IMG/VR virus record: IMGVR_UViG_3300014202_001521 | Span: 2,931 to 66,930 of that record | DNA from: a virus | Length of the DNA: 64,000 nt | Direction: 5' to 3' (one strand) | In this document: positions 18,582 through 28,167 of the stretch, in pieces | Layout: every line of letters starts with the position of its first letter | How positions within the stretch are numbered: position 1 is the stretch's first letter | Notes under the pieces: generated by a model | The model's database searches: none | Seen by the model: the letters and a program-made list of their open reading frames with translations, nothing else | Told to the model about the DNA's origin: nothing | Translations under genes and position numbers: made by a program

Positions 18582-19781
18582 TCAATTACTCCTGATGACC
18601 TCGGCTTGTGGAACATATTTTACAATCTTATAGGGTTTGTTCAATCTTATTTCCTTAATTCTGGATAGTATTTCATCATAGAAATTCCAGGCAAGAATGA
18701 TAATATTAGGTCTATATTCGTCCGCAAGAACCTCTGGCTTTAGAATCTCAATATTCTTGCCAGCAATCATTTTCCCTTGTTTGTTTGGCGTATCGTCAAC
18801 GACATAATCCAAGTCTATGTCGAAGTAATTAATCATGGTATTGCCTTTAGCCGACGCCCCAAATCCAATAACCTTTTGATTGGAGTTTCTAAAGTCAGAT
18901 ATAATTTCCCTAATATCCTTCTTGTTTTTTCTCACCTGATAAGAGAAATCTTCATATTTCTTGATAGAATACAGATCAGATTCCTGATTCATAATATCCG
19001 CAAGCTGTCCACAGTCTTGTCCAGGTTTCTTCTTGAGACAAAATCTGATGCTGCCGCCGTGGACAGGAACCAGTTCCGCATCAAAAATATAGAAATCTGT
19101 ATGCTGAATGAACTTGCCGAATGAGTGAGCGGTAAAATAAGACAAATGTTCGTGGTAAATTGTATCGAACTCGAAGTTGTCAATGAGCGGTTTGGCGTAA
19201 GCAAACTCCAGAATTACCATGCCATCGTCTCTCAAGGCAATCGAACACGCCTGGATAAACGATTCAATATCATCAACGTGGGCAAACACGTTAAACGCGG
19301 TGATGATATCGAACTCTTTCTTGAGGGTATTCGCCAAAGGAATGTCCCAAAAACTGCAAATTGTTGGCACGCCCTTGGCTTCCGCCAACGATTTTAGATT
19401 TGTGGCAGGATCAACACCACAGACTTCACAGCCGCGATCTTTGAACAAACTAAGAAGTGTGCCATCGTTGGAAGCAATATCTAACACCTTTTTCGGGTGG
19501 GCCTGTTCACAAACTTGATTTACCATCCGTCTGAGGTGATTAGTGAAGTCAGTAGATATCCCCGTAAGATATGGATAGTCTGTGTATAGCACCACTGGAT
19601 TAACTACAACGTCTAGCTGAACATGCCAGCATTTCGTACAGACATGAACACTTAACGGATACTTTTCAGACACCTCGCCTCTCTTATGGAGAGAATTTGC
19701 CAGGGGCATTAAACCCATATCGAGCAGTGGAATGAAATCACTTTCCCCACAACATCTGCAATCGTGTATTTTTTTAAACAT
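18582..19781 (-). CDS. NDP-hexose C-methyltransferase family SAM methyltransferase
   Basis: CRCCG zinc site, LDMGLMPLAN, DIASNDGTLL, NVFAHV, FDTIYHEH, HGGSIR, GASAKGNT, LAWN. Confidence 0.9.
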   Translation of the reverse strand: MFKKIHDCRCCGESDFIPLLDMGLMPLANSLHKRGEVSEKYPLSVHVCTKCWHVQLDVVVNPVVLYTDYPYLTGISTDFTNHLRRMVNQVCEQAHPKKVLDIASNDGTLLSLFKDRGCEVCGVDPATNLKSLAEAKGVPTICSFWDIPLANTLKKEFDIITAFNVFAHVDDIESFIQACSIALRDDGMVILEFAYAKPLIDNFEFDTIYHEHLSYFTAHSFGKFIQHTDFYIFDAELVPVHGGSIRFCLKKKPGQDCGQLADIMNQESDLYSIKKYEDFSYQVRKNKKDIREIISDFRNSNQKVIGFGASAKGNTMINYFDIDLDYVVDDTPNKQGKMIAGKNIEILKPEVLADEYRPNIIILAWNFYDEILSRIKEIRLNKPYKIVKYVPQAEVIRSN

Positions 19782-19824
19782 TGAATATTTCCAACAGCAC
19801 GCTAATATAGTACACTAAGATAAT

Positions 19825-20238
19825 ATGAAAATCAAAAAATTAAATCAAGAGCATCTAGAACCACTCCGTAAATTACGAAATGAAAACCGCGAGTGGTTTT
19901 TCAACAAAGACTTTATAACACAAGAACAACAACAAGCATGGTATGCATCAATCAAAAACTCCAAAAAAATTAAATTCTATATAATAGAAGTGGGAAATAA
20001 AGTAGCGGGATCATTAAGCTTAACAAAGACCAAAGAAGGTATAGAAATTGGGAACATTCTTCTTGATGGCGATTTGAGAGGCAAAGGCATCATGACTAAG
20101 GTAGTCAACAGGTTAATTAAAAATAAAGACAAAAATAAGTTCTACGCCCGTATACTTTTAGAAAATATTAATAGTCAAAACTTATTTAGTAGGTGCGGAT
20201 TTGTTAAAACGGCGTATGTAATGGAGCTTAAATGCTGA
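19825..20238 (+). CDS. GNAT N-acetyltransferase (PseH-like)
   Basis: LRKLRN...ITQEQQQAW, RGKGIM, NINSQNLFSRCGF. Confidence 0.8.
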   Translation: MKIKKLNQEHLEPLRKLRNENREWFFNKDFITQEQQQAWYASIKNSKKIKFYIIEVGNKVAGSLSLTKTKEGIEIGNILLDGDLRGKGIMTKVVNRLIKNKDKNKFYARILLENINSQNLFSRCGFVKTAYVMELKC

Positions 20239-21251
20239 AAGTATCACAGTCTAGATGGAACCAATTAAGTAATATAAACAACTGGCAAGGGCATAAGAAA
20301 GCTAGGGAAATTAATGGGAGAAAATATGTTTACTTAGATACAGAAGAAGAGTTTATAGAAGCTGAGATTGTTGACGTAGAAATGTCACCAATCTATGGGG
20401 CAAGAACCACCGACAATCCTTGGGAGGGGCTTTGTAAGAAAAAGCCTTGGGAATATGACGTTACAGCAATTATTCCTGTCCTGAACACCCCCGAAACACT
20501 TCCTATTTGCATAGAGTTGCTTAGGTTGCAAACAATACAACCATTCATTATGATTATTGACACTGGTAGTATAGACGACAACCTAAAGAGAACAGTAGCA
20601 CTTCGGGCGGAAGACGTGGAAGTACACACACTAGGGTTAAACGGTGTTAGGCACCCATCTGATTACCCAGCGATGGCTATGGACGCAGCTTTCTCACTGT
20701 GTAGAACAGAATATCTATTTGCCACCCACGCCGACTGTTTTCTAAGGAAGAGAAGTCTGTTGGAAGAGTTTGTAGGTCTTTGCAAAACCAAATCTCCCGC
20801 TGTAGGGTATGAACTAAGCCCACGCAAGCATCCAGACTGGCAAGGTATGCTTTCACACACAGCCAGCATGTATCACATGCCAACTATGGACCACATTGGT
20901 TTTGGCTGGAGCCTTCGAAGATTGTGTAACAGACATGGCATCGTTGACTATAAACCTGATCCTACTGTACCAAATTGGCCAGATACAGAAATTTTGGGCA
21001 ATTACATAATGAAAGAACACGGCATTAAACCGTATTTGGTGGGCAAAGAAGGCAATCAGGTCAGAACCGTAGATGAAAATATAGACCACTTCAGAAGCTA
21101 TACCGCAGGCAAGATGTACAGCCCGCATTATTATAAGATAGTACAAGAATGGTACTCAGACGCCGCAAAACAAGCTTTAGAAAGAATCAACTTGTGGAGA
21201 GAACTGAAGCAATTTGACAGGGGAGATAAAAATGAGAGCAATACAGCGTAG
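20232..21251 (+). CDS. Family 2 glycosyltransferase
   Basis: VTAIIPVLN, IIDTGSID, LFATHADCF. Confidence 0.75.
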   Translation: MLKVSQSRWNQLSNINNWQGHKKAREINGRKYVYLDTEEEFIEAEIVDVEMSPIYGARTTDNPWEGLCKKKPWEYDVTAIIPVLNTPETLPICIELLRLQTIQPFIMIIDTGSIDDNLKRTVALRAEDVEVHTLGLNGVRHPSDYPAMAMDAAFSLCRTEYLFATHADCFLRKRSLLEEFVGLCKTKSPAVGYELSPRKHPDWQGMLSHTASMYHMPTMDHIGFGWSLRRLCNRHGIVDYKPDPTVPNWPDTEILGNYIMKEHGIKPYLVGKEGNQVRTVDENIDHFRSYTAGKMYSPHYYKIVQEWYSDAAKQALERINLWRELKQFDRGDKNESNTA

Positions 21252-21495
21252 AGTCTTTGGTAAATGCACCTGTGGTATGTGGACCAGCGTATTAGAAAGT
21301 TCATTTCCAGAACTTACCAAGAAAAGGGAAACCTGCTGGAACTGTCTGCAAGAAGTCAGAGTTTGGTATCAAATTAAAGATGACCGCGTGTGGTATAAAC
21401 CTTGGACATGGCAGGATAAAGTGGTAGTATGTAACTCATACAACAATGGCTGGTCTAGCCAGTCACTACCAAAGGAGTTGTGGGGATGCATATAA
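21232..21495 (+). CDS. Hypothetical zinc-ribbon-like protein
   Basis: CTCG...CWNC; GGGAG SD. Confidence 0.5.
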   Translation: MRAIQRRVFGKCTCGMWTSVLESSFPELTKKRETCWNCLQEVRVWYQIKDDRVWYKPWTWQDKVVVCNSYNNGWSSQSLPKELWGCI

Positions 21496-21716
21496 CAGAA
21501 ATCAATTATGATGGTGGACTCGATAAACTGGCTACGGACTTGGGCAATCTACGCTACGATGCTCTTGGAGAGTTTTTAGAAAAGCTATCGGTCAAAATCG
21601 CAAAAGACGCTGATGCTGATGAAGGCAGGGAGCGACATTTACTTGCTAAACAACTAGCTTATTCGGCCAAACACATCAAAAATGCTTGGAAGATATGCGA
21701 GCCATTTATGACTTAA
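21486..21716 (+). CDS. Hypothetical protein
   Basis: AAGGAG upstream; LRYDALGEFL...DADADEGRER. Confidence 0.65.
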   Translation: MHITEINYDGGLDKLATDLGNLRYDALGEFLEKLSVKIAKDADADEGRERHLLAKQLAYSAKHIKNAWKICEPFMT

Positions 21717-21915
21717 TAGCGGGTTTCAATGAAGATTGACCCATTCTAAATTTGGCTATGTATGGTTTTGCAGGTGTCCAGGTACTCATCTTCCTGGCAC
21801 CTGAGTTCTGGAATCCAGTCTTTGGTATTGCGGTAGGAACAATCGGATTGTCCTTCAAATCTAGGACTCCGCGTAGTTTTGCTTCATTTGCCAGAAAATA
21901 TTCTTTAAACCCCAT
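21706..21915 (-). CDS. Small hypothetical protein, putative head internal protein
   Basis: MGFKEYFLANE N-terminus; TAAATA 5 nt upstream. Confidence 0.65.
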   Translation of the reverse strand: MGFKEYFLANEAKLRGVLDLKDNPIVPTAIPKTGFQNSGARKMSTWTPAKPYIAKFRMGQSSLKPAIKS

Positions 21916-21974
21916 TGCTATATTTATGCTAGAAATATATAATTATTGCTCTATTATCTTACAGGAGTTTATCT

Positions 21975-22223
21975 ATGAAAGCAATTCACAACACAGTTAC
22001 TTTCCTTGCAGCGGTAGTGGTATTAACCTGGGCAGGTTGGCAAACCTACCTTCATTGGGATATCTTGATGAATAAAGCCAATGTCGCCGTAACCCCCGCA
22101 AAGAAATGTCCTTGTTGCACCCACTGCACATGTGGCAAAACAGATTGTAAAGGCGCTTGTTGCGCAGACAAGAAATGTTGCGATGCCTGTGGTTGCACCG
22201 ATGCAGGTTGCTGCAAGCAGTAA
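21975..22223 (+). CDS. Membrane-anchored Cys-rich (metallothionein-like) protein
   Basis: AGGAG SD; N-terminal hydrophobic helix; 14 Cys in the last ~38 aa. Confidence 0.7.
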   Translation: MKAIHNTVTFLAAVVVLTWAGWQTYLHWDILMNKANVAVTPAKKCPCCTHCTCGKTDCKGACCADKKCCDACGCTDAGCCKQ

Positions 22224-23621
22224 TCAAGAAGATTTAATCTTCTTGATAATCTCAGATGTGCTATGTCCCGCCACAAGAGGGACATAGCACACTTTTTTTA
22301 CACAGTCCGCTCCCGCCACTTCCTTGCCACGCCAATCTTCACCCTTCGCCAAAACGTCAGGTTTAATATCCTCAATTAACTTTAATGGCGTATCTTCATC
22401 GAAAGAAATGACATAATCAACACATTCCAACGCCGCCAAGAGCTTCATACGCTCGTAAAGTGGTAAAATTGGACGTGTATCACCTTTAAGCCTCTTGATA
22501 CTTTCATCACTATTGACCGCGACTACCAACCTATCCCCTTCATTCCGAGCCGCTTCCAAGGTGTGTAAATGACCACTATGGACTAAATCAAAGCAACCAT
22601 TGGTGAAAACCAACTTATACTCTCTGTTTTTTAAGAACTCCCAATTTTTCAATATTTTACCGTGCGAATGAAAAGACCAAGGCCCAAACATACCTCTTTG
22701 CTTCTGCTGGACATACATTAAGCCGCCATGAAATGCTATCTTGGCGGCTTCTTCTACATCAAATCCATGCACTATTGCCAGTGCTAAAACCCCTATAAAA
22801 CAATCACCAGCCCCTATAATATCCATTGGCTTGATATGGCACTTAGGTCTATACTCAAAGTAATCATCAACCTTACCGACCACCCCATTACCTTCTTGAG
22901 TGATAACAACAGCCTTACAGTTAAGTGCTTTCTTAAAAAAATCACACTGTTGCTGCCAATCTTTGTGCCCGCTTAGTGTCTCAGCTTCCTTAGCATTTGG
23001 CTTAAAAATAGTACAACCTACCCAACGATCTAATGGTGCCGCTTTAGGATCAACGATAGTAATTGCCTTGGTATCAAACCAACTTAGCTTAAAATCACCT
23101 GAAAAGATGCCTTTGTTGTAATCCGAAAAGATCATTACGTCTGGTTCGACCTGAAATGCAGACCAATACCTAGTCAATTCGGCCTGTAAGTGCCTAAAAG
23201 TGGGATCATCCAGACCATAACGATGTTTTTCAATATCCCATCTTGATACGACTTGTGATCCTTTTTCATAATGTCGCTTCTTACGGGGAACGTAATAACC
23301 TTTAGGAAGGTTAACGCTACCCCAATACTTAACACCATGATTACGAATTACCTGATAGGCTTCATCATCAATAAAGGTGAAAAGTCGGCTTATTATGTTG
23401 AAATTGTTTAGCTGATAACAGACGTTGGCGGCACCGCCAGGAAATCTTCGAAATGGTGTGTCGTTTTCTGACAAAAGAACGTGAACGTTAGCACATTCAG
23501 GAGAAATACGGCTAACTTTTACTTGATAGTCTTCATCAAGCATTGAGTCGCCAACGATATGAATAAATATTGATTTACTGTTCTCGTCTAGGCACTTTGC
23601 AAAGCGTTGTAACAATTCCAT
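22224..23621 (-). CDS. hldE: Bifunctional heptose-7-P kinase / heptose-1-P adenylyltransferase (HldE/RfaE)
   Basis: GDSMLD, RISPE, GGAANV, SDYNKG, VDPK, KPNAKE, DIIGAGD; then VFTNGCFDLVHSGH, NSDESIKRLKG. Confidence 0.92.
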   Translation of the reverse strand: MELLQRFAKCLDENSKSIFIHIVGDSMLDEDYQVKVSRISPECANVHVLLSENDTPFRRFPGGAANVCYQLNNFNIISRLFTFIDDEAYQVIRNHGVKYWGSVNLPKGYYVPRKKRHYEKGSQVVSRWDIEKHRYGLDDPTFRHLQAELTRYWSAFQVEPDVMIFSDYNKGIFSGDFKLSWFDTKAITIVDPKAAPLDRWVGCTIFKPNAKEAETLSGHKDWQQQCDFFKKALNCKAVVITQEGNGVVGKVDDYFEYRPKCHIKPMDIIGAGDCFIGVLALAIVHGFDVEEAAKIAFHGGLMYVQQKQRGMFGPWSFHSHGKILKNWEFLKNREYKLVFTNGCFDLVHSGHLHTLEAARNEGDRLVVAVNSDESIKRLKGDTRPILPLYERMKLLAALECVDYVISFDEDTPLKLIEDIKPDVLAKGEDWRGKEVAGADCVKKVCYVPLVAGHSTSEIIKKIKSS

Positions 23622-23633
23622 AGACTATTATAG

Positions 23634-24194
23634 TCACGTCCTAAGCTCTCTTGATGCGATATTCACAGGCTTGAAATCTTCTACAATGGTGATATTCTTC
23701 AATAAATCTGGATGAAATCCCTTGAAATCTTCCACTGTACTAATCGTACCATCTTCCTTTTTACGGGGAAATGCTATCCACTTAATCCCCAATTCATCAA
23801 ATTCTTTAATTACCTCTTCAAACGGCTTATCCTGATAGTATTTGCCATCGCATAACGCTTTGATAGTGTCGAAACCACAAACGAACGTCACGCCAGGAAA
23901 TACATGAGCCTTCTCAAGATAGCGAGCATCGTCAGTCATGTATAACTTCCCGAAGGATGGCTTGCACAGACTCTTCATCTGCTTATAACGCTTTCGCAAT
24001 TCATATACGTCGATCTTCGCTTTTTCTACATTGTTGTGGGAAATTTCAAAATCGACGGGCACACCATGCTTCTCATAGATATAATCTACGATAGCGATAT
24101 GCCCGTCGTGAAGTGGGTTGAATGATCCACAGAATAAAAACTTTGGGCGATCCAAGGCTTTCTCATTACCAAGAGTTATTACGCCATAGAGCAT
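23634..24194 (-). CDS. HIGH-type nucleotidyltransferase (NadD/NMNAT-like)
   Basis: GSFNPLHDGH, FEISHNNVEK, GFDT, IASRELR. Confidence 0.75.
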   Translation of the reverse strand: MLYGVITLGNEKALDRPKFLFCGSFNPLHDGHIAIVDYIYEKHGVPVDFEISHNNVEKAKIDVYELRKRYKQMKSLCKPSFGKLYMTDDARYLEKAHVFPGVTFVCGFDTIKALCDGKYYQDKPFEEVIKEFDELGIKWIAFPRKKEDGTISTVEDFKGFHPDLLKNITIVEDFKPVNIASRELRT

Positions 24195-24442
24195 TCTTTT
24201 TTCTCCAAATAAAAGCAGCCTGTGTCATAACCAGACGCACCTTTATTTCGTTTCAAAGTAAGGCGGCATGTCATTGAAGCAGGGCATACATCCAAATCTT
24301 TGCCATAGGCTTCTATTTTAATAATTTCCATGTAGTTCAAATAATCGCCCAAGTGTAAATCTTTCTCGCAATTGCGACCAATGATACGGATGCAACCATC
24401 TTCAACTTCAATCGGGTTAATCTCAACTATAAAATCAATCAT
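24179..24442 (-). CDS. Hypothetical protein
   Basis: Coupled ORF within operon. Confidence 0.55.
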   Translation of the reverse strand: MIDFIVEINPIEVEDGCIRIIGRNCEKDLHLGDYLNYMEIIKIEAYGKDLDVCPASMTCRLTLKRNKGASGYDTGCFYLEKKECSMA

Positions 24443-24885
24443 ATAAAAGCCAACAAGTAATGTGCCAAGTCTTCATCATACAAAGTACCCCACTTACCTT
24501 CCTTTTGTTCATAACCATGTCGATCCTTGTGGGGAAGGATGTAATGCACCTCTCTGCTCAGGTAGTAAGTCCCGTCACCCCAAGAACATCCGTCATTGTC
24601 ATACCGTTCATGTTCTTTGTACCAGAAGTGCATGTATAAGAACTTCTCATCCCCTGCAAACATTGTAGCACAATGTCGCTCATTGTCCAATTCAAGTCGC
24701 AGTGTCTTGTCGTCTTTGGTTTTCTTGCCTACTAAATCCTTGATTGTCAGGTCTATGAACTGCTTTAATTGAGCATAAGCCGAATCGTGGCGGGCTTTAC
24801 ATTCATCCCGTTCTTTTTGCTCACGGGCTGCTTTCTCTGCGGCTTCGGCGGCAAACTTCTGCTTGTGAGCATCTAACCAACTCAT
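24439..24885 (-). CDS. Hypothetical protein
   Basis: GGAGG SD; coupled ORF. Confidence 0.65.
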   Translation of the reverse strand: MSWLDAHKQKFAAEAAEKAAREQKERDECKARHDSAYAQLKQFIDLTIKDLVGKKTKDDKTLRLELDNERHCATMFAGDEKFLYMHFWYKEHERYDNDGCSWGDGTYYLSREVHYILPHKDRHGYEQKEGKWGTLYDEDLAHYLLAFI

Positions 24886-24886
24886 G

Positions 24887-25285
24887 TTAGCCTCCTTGAC
24901 GTTTTAGGATTCTAGCCACGGCGCGGGCACAATTAAGGGGATCAACAACAGTAAGGACGGGAACCCCTGACGGCATCCTCAGTGTTGAATGAATATCAAC
25001 CATGTAAGCTGACAAATCAGCAAATGGTGGACAAGCAATGACTACATCATTACAATTAGCTGATACAACTCCCGAAAGAGCGTTAGACCTACCAGCCACT
25101 GTGATGAATATAGCCCCTTTATGATCTTCAAGAGCCTTCAAAACTGTCAAAGGTTCTCTATGCGCAGAAGCATAAATAACCACATACTCAAAACTCTTTT
25201 GAATTTCTTCTTTAAGCCCTGTTACAATCTTAGTAACATGGGTTTCATCAGACTTCGACCCAGCTATAATTACTACTTTATTCAT
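24887..25285 (-). CDS. purE: AIR carboxylase / PurE
   Basis: IAGSKSD, SAHR, VAGRSNALSGV, VIACPP, DIHSTLRMPSGVP. Confidence 0.92.
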   Translation of the reverse strand: MNKVVIIAGSKSDETHVTKIVTGLKEEIQKSFEYVVIYASAHREPLTVLKALEDHKGAIFITVAGRSNALSGVVSANCNDVVIACPPFADLSAYMVDIHSTLRMPSGVPVLTVVDPLNCARAVARILKRQGG

Positions 25286-26154
25286 TCAATCACCAATCCC
25301 ATTCTGGCGGCTTTTGCCACCCATTCAGCCTGTTCACGCTTATTATCACTGTTCAAACCCTTGACCTTCTGCCCAGCAAAGGTCCGATTAATAGCATCCA
25401 TTTCCAGCTTCGTTAGCTTCATAGCCCCACGATGATCGTGATAATCATTCCAGGCTTCCACCGCCATTGGAACAATCGGCTCAATAAGTGCCAACATCGC
25501 GTCTGCAAACACCCGAATCTCCCACTGAGCATGAGCATCACAACGTAAGCCTAAGAAGTGGAAGAGGTTATGTAAATCAATCTTCCAGTACCATTCCGTG
25601 TATAGGTTTACAGGCAGAATCATTCTAGCCTGCTCGCGGCTAATACCTTCTTCGATATATTTGTCATAAACCTGATAGGATTCAATACAAACGGCATCCA
25701 AACGCGCAAGGAAGTCCTTAGCGGTTTCTTGGCATACCTGAGTTTCGCCGCCTTGCTTATTCGACTTTGATTGTTGCCTTACATTGTCGAGTTCTGGCTT
25801 ATAGAACTCTTCCTTCATCACTGAATAACGACCGCTGTATTCATTGACATTGGCGGTACGGTGACGAATCCACTGGCGGGCGACGAATATGGGCATCTTG
25901 CAATGAAACTTGAACTCAATCATTTCAAATGGAGTAGTGTGGACGTGCCGCATCAGATAGCGGATAAGTCCACGATCTTCATTCACGCTCTTTGTTCCAT
26001 TGCCATAACTCACTCTAGCGGCCTGGACAATGGCGTAATCTGCTGTCTTTTGGTCTTCAGGAACAAGTCGAGGCATTACATCGACAAGTTCCACAAATCC
26101 CAAATCCAAGCATTTAATTTCGCGGGCGGGTAAGTTCAACATCACGTCATACAT
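25282..26154 (-). CDS. thyX: Flavin-dependent thymidylate synthase
   Basis: AARVSY, HTTPFE, PIFVARQWIRHRTANVNEYSGRY, EQARMILP, AQWEIR. Confidence 0.97.
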   Translation of the reverse strand: MYDVMLNLPAREIKCLDLGFVELVDVMPRLVPEDQKTADYAIVQAARVSYGNGTKSVNEDRGLIRYLMRHVHTTPFEMIEFKFHCKMPIFVARQWIRHRTANVNEYSGRYSVMKEEFYKPELDNVRQQSKSNKQGGETQVCQETAKDFLARLDAVCIESYQVYDKYIEEGISREQARMILPVNLYTEWYWKIDLHNLFHFLGLRCDAHAQWEIRVFADAMLALIEPIVPMAVEAWNDYHDHRGAMKLTKLEMDAINRTFAGQKVKGLNSDNKREQAEWVAKAARMGLVIE

Positions 26155-26161
26155 GATTTAT

Positions 26162-27358
26162 TTACCTTTTTATAGCTTCTTCAAAATGCACACGGGGCAG
26201 TTTACCAAACACCGCTAAATGCACAAGGGCAGCCTGCCCACTATCAAGGCAATACTTCTTTAATTCATCTGCTTTCATGCCCATTTCCTTTGCGGCTTGC
26301 TCCAACGTAACATCAGTGTAATAAATGGTCCATACCGATACAAACTTGTGCGTAAATGTCTTTGGGTCCATCCCCGTAGTCTTCTTCAGAGCCACTTCAT
26401 AATCGTCCTGATCCTTTTGAATCGGTAACTCAGCACCAAATAAATCTGCCAAACGATTCGACGCATCCTTATCTGGTGCAAGTAGTTTGATATCCTTCTT
26501 AATCATTTCTCGTACTGTATCTTGGAATGGCAAAACACCAGTCACATGACAAGCAACGCAATTCCTGCCCACCCGCACAACAAGGTCGGGAGAAAAAGAT
26601 TTGGTACGATCCACAGAAATATCTGCATCCAAGAAATCTAAAGCCTGGCCTTTACCATCAGCAGCAAAATAGGACAACAGGCCATTGGCATTGGTGGCGA
26701 ACAGTTGCACCGAATCATACTTTTCGGAAAGTAAGTCTCCCAAGAAATTATGATTATCGTCCTTAACCCTGTCGCGGGATTCCCAAATAGCTCCTGTGGG
26801 TGTTGGTGTTCGCTTTAAGTAACGTGTGCTACGCACCACACTACTTAAAATAACAACCGCCGCTTGGTCAATTTTCAGTTTCTTGGCGGTATCGGGATCA
26901 TGCCCATGACGCTTGTTAAAGTCTTTTAAGTTTGATACTCCTAATAACTTATAATAAGTTGGGGCTGTCATTGCCTTAATTATAAACCAATCAGACCTCA
27001 TGATTGGGTTTTCTGACTTCGTAAGTAATTTCAGTTTATCAGTTTTCTTTGTATAAGGATCGACTCCTAAACTACGATATGCCTTCTCGTCAAAGCCATA
27101 GTCTCGTATATCAAACTTAATCAATGTTTTTTCTTTGTTTGCGAACGTAGGCAAGACAATCTTCTTCTTTGCGCTCACTGAGTTTAGCGTGAAAGATATA
27201 ACGGCCAAATGATGTTCCCGTTCCTTCTCATCTTCAATGTTATCTAAATACAGATAACGTATGTAAGGTGCATCGGCGGGAAATAAAGCAGCCGCATCGT
27301 CTACAGCTTGGTCAACTGGACTAGCGGCTACTAATAGTAAACATACAAGCAAATTCAT
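26162..27358 (-). CDS. Exported protein with CxxCH heme-c-type motif
   Basis: Signal-like MNLLVCLLLVAA; RNCVACH. Confidence 0.7.
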   Translation of the reverse strand: MNLLVCLLLVAASPVDQAVDDAAALFPADAPYIRYLYLDNIEDEKEREHHLAVISFTLNSVSAKKKIVLPTFANKEKTLIKFDIRDYGFDEKAYRSLGVDPYTKKTDKLKLLTKSENPIMRSDWFIIKAMTAPTYYKLLGVSNLKDFNKRHGHDPDTAKKLKIDQAAVVILSSVVRSTRYLKRTPTPTGAIWESRDRVKDDNHNFLGDLLSEKYDSVQLFATNANGLLSYFAADGKGQALDFLDADISVDRTKSFSPDLVVRVGRNCVACHVTGVLPFQDTVREMIKKDIKLLAPDKDASNRLADLFGAELPIQKDQDDYEVALKKTTGMDPKTFTHKFVSVWTIYYTDVTLEQAAKEMGMKADELKKYCLDSGQAALVHLAVFGKLPRVHFEEAIKR

Positions 27359-27367
27359 TTTTCACTC

Positions 27368-27973
27368 CTACTTATCAATAATTAGAACATAACCCATCCA
27401 GTAATGATTGAACCATTGATGGGTAGCTGTATAAGTATGCTTAATGTCATTAGGGTCTAGAAATTCAACGCCATCTTCACTGTAGTTCAAAATAATGATG
27501 GCGTGACTTTCTGTTGACGGTTGTTTACCCCAATAACATTTTACCACAACCAGACAAGGCTGTTTGTTCTTGATAGCATTCTTGATAATAGTTTTATCAT
27601 AATTGTAATAATTTTGATAGCGATATTTTACTTTCAAGGAATTTAATTTTCCAGTCAATGCTTGGTGCGGACCAGGAGAGCGTAATTCAAGAGACTTGTG
27701 ACTCCCGTAATCTATCATGACATATGGAGACTTCTCCCAGGACTTGGTTTTTTCATTCCAGGTCCAGGTAAACTCTTTAGATCGGTTTTTGGTAAGATCA
27801 TTCAGGCACTCGATGCCGTAATGTTTGCCGATGGTTTCAAGACAACACCAGGCACAATAACCTGTTTCGAAATCTTGATTTGAAATGCGATGCTCTTTTT
27901 TGATTTGAACTTGCGAGAAAGCGGATAACGTGAAGGCTAGAAGTAGCAAGATTGTTGCTACAAATTTGCGCAT
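27368..27973 (-). CDS. Secreted papain-fold (C39-like) cysteine peptidase
   Basis: Signal peptide; GYCAWCCLE (catalytic Cys), SHAIII (His), FLDPN (Asp). Confidence 0.72.
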   Translation of the reverse strand: MRKFVATILLLLAFTLSAFSQVQIKKEHRISNQDFETGYCAWCCLETIGKHYGIECLNDLTKNRSKEFTWTWNEKTKSWEKSPYVMIDYGSHKSLELRSPGPHQALTGKLNSLKVKYRYQNYYNYDKTIIKNAIKNKQPCLVVVKCYWGKQPSTESHAIIILNYSEDGVEFLDPNDIKHTYTATHQWFNHYWMGYVLIIDK

Positions 27974-28136
27974 AGAAACCTCTACTGTTTGATAAAATGA
28001 TGGGGGAACTCATCGTTGCCGAACATAAATTAAAAACAAATTAAGTTAAGGTAAATAAAATAAGCAACTGTCGGCTTCCCCCGTACCGCTGGCATTGTAG
28101 TGCCAAGTTAACTACTGGTCATCCGTGAAACTCTCT

Positions 28137-28144
28137 TATTTATA
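28137..28144 (-). promoter_or_regulatory. T4-late-type promoter TATAAATA
   Basis: Exact TATAAATA on the minus strand in an intergenic region, ~160 nt upstream of the peptidase gene. Confidence 0.55.
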
Positions 28145-28167
28145 TCAAATAGTAAAGTTAATGCAAT

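Noticed and set aside
27974-28136. c-di-AMP (ydaO) riboswitch suggested by GGTACGGGGGAA and CCGACAG
   Set aside because: The other conserved elements and spacing are missing. Kept only as a generic structured leader.
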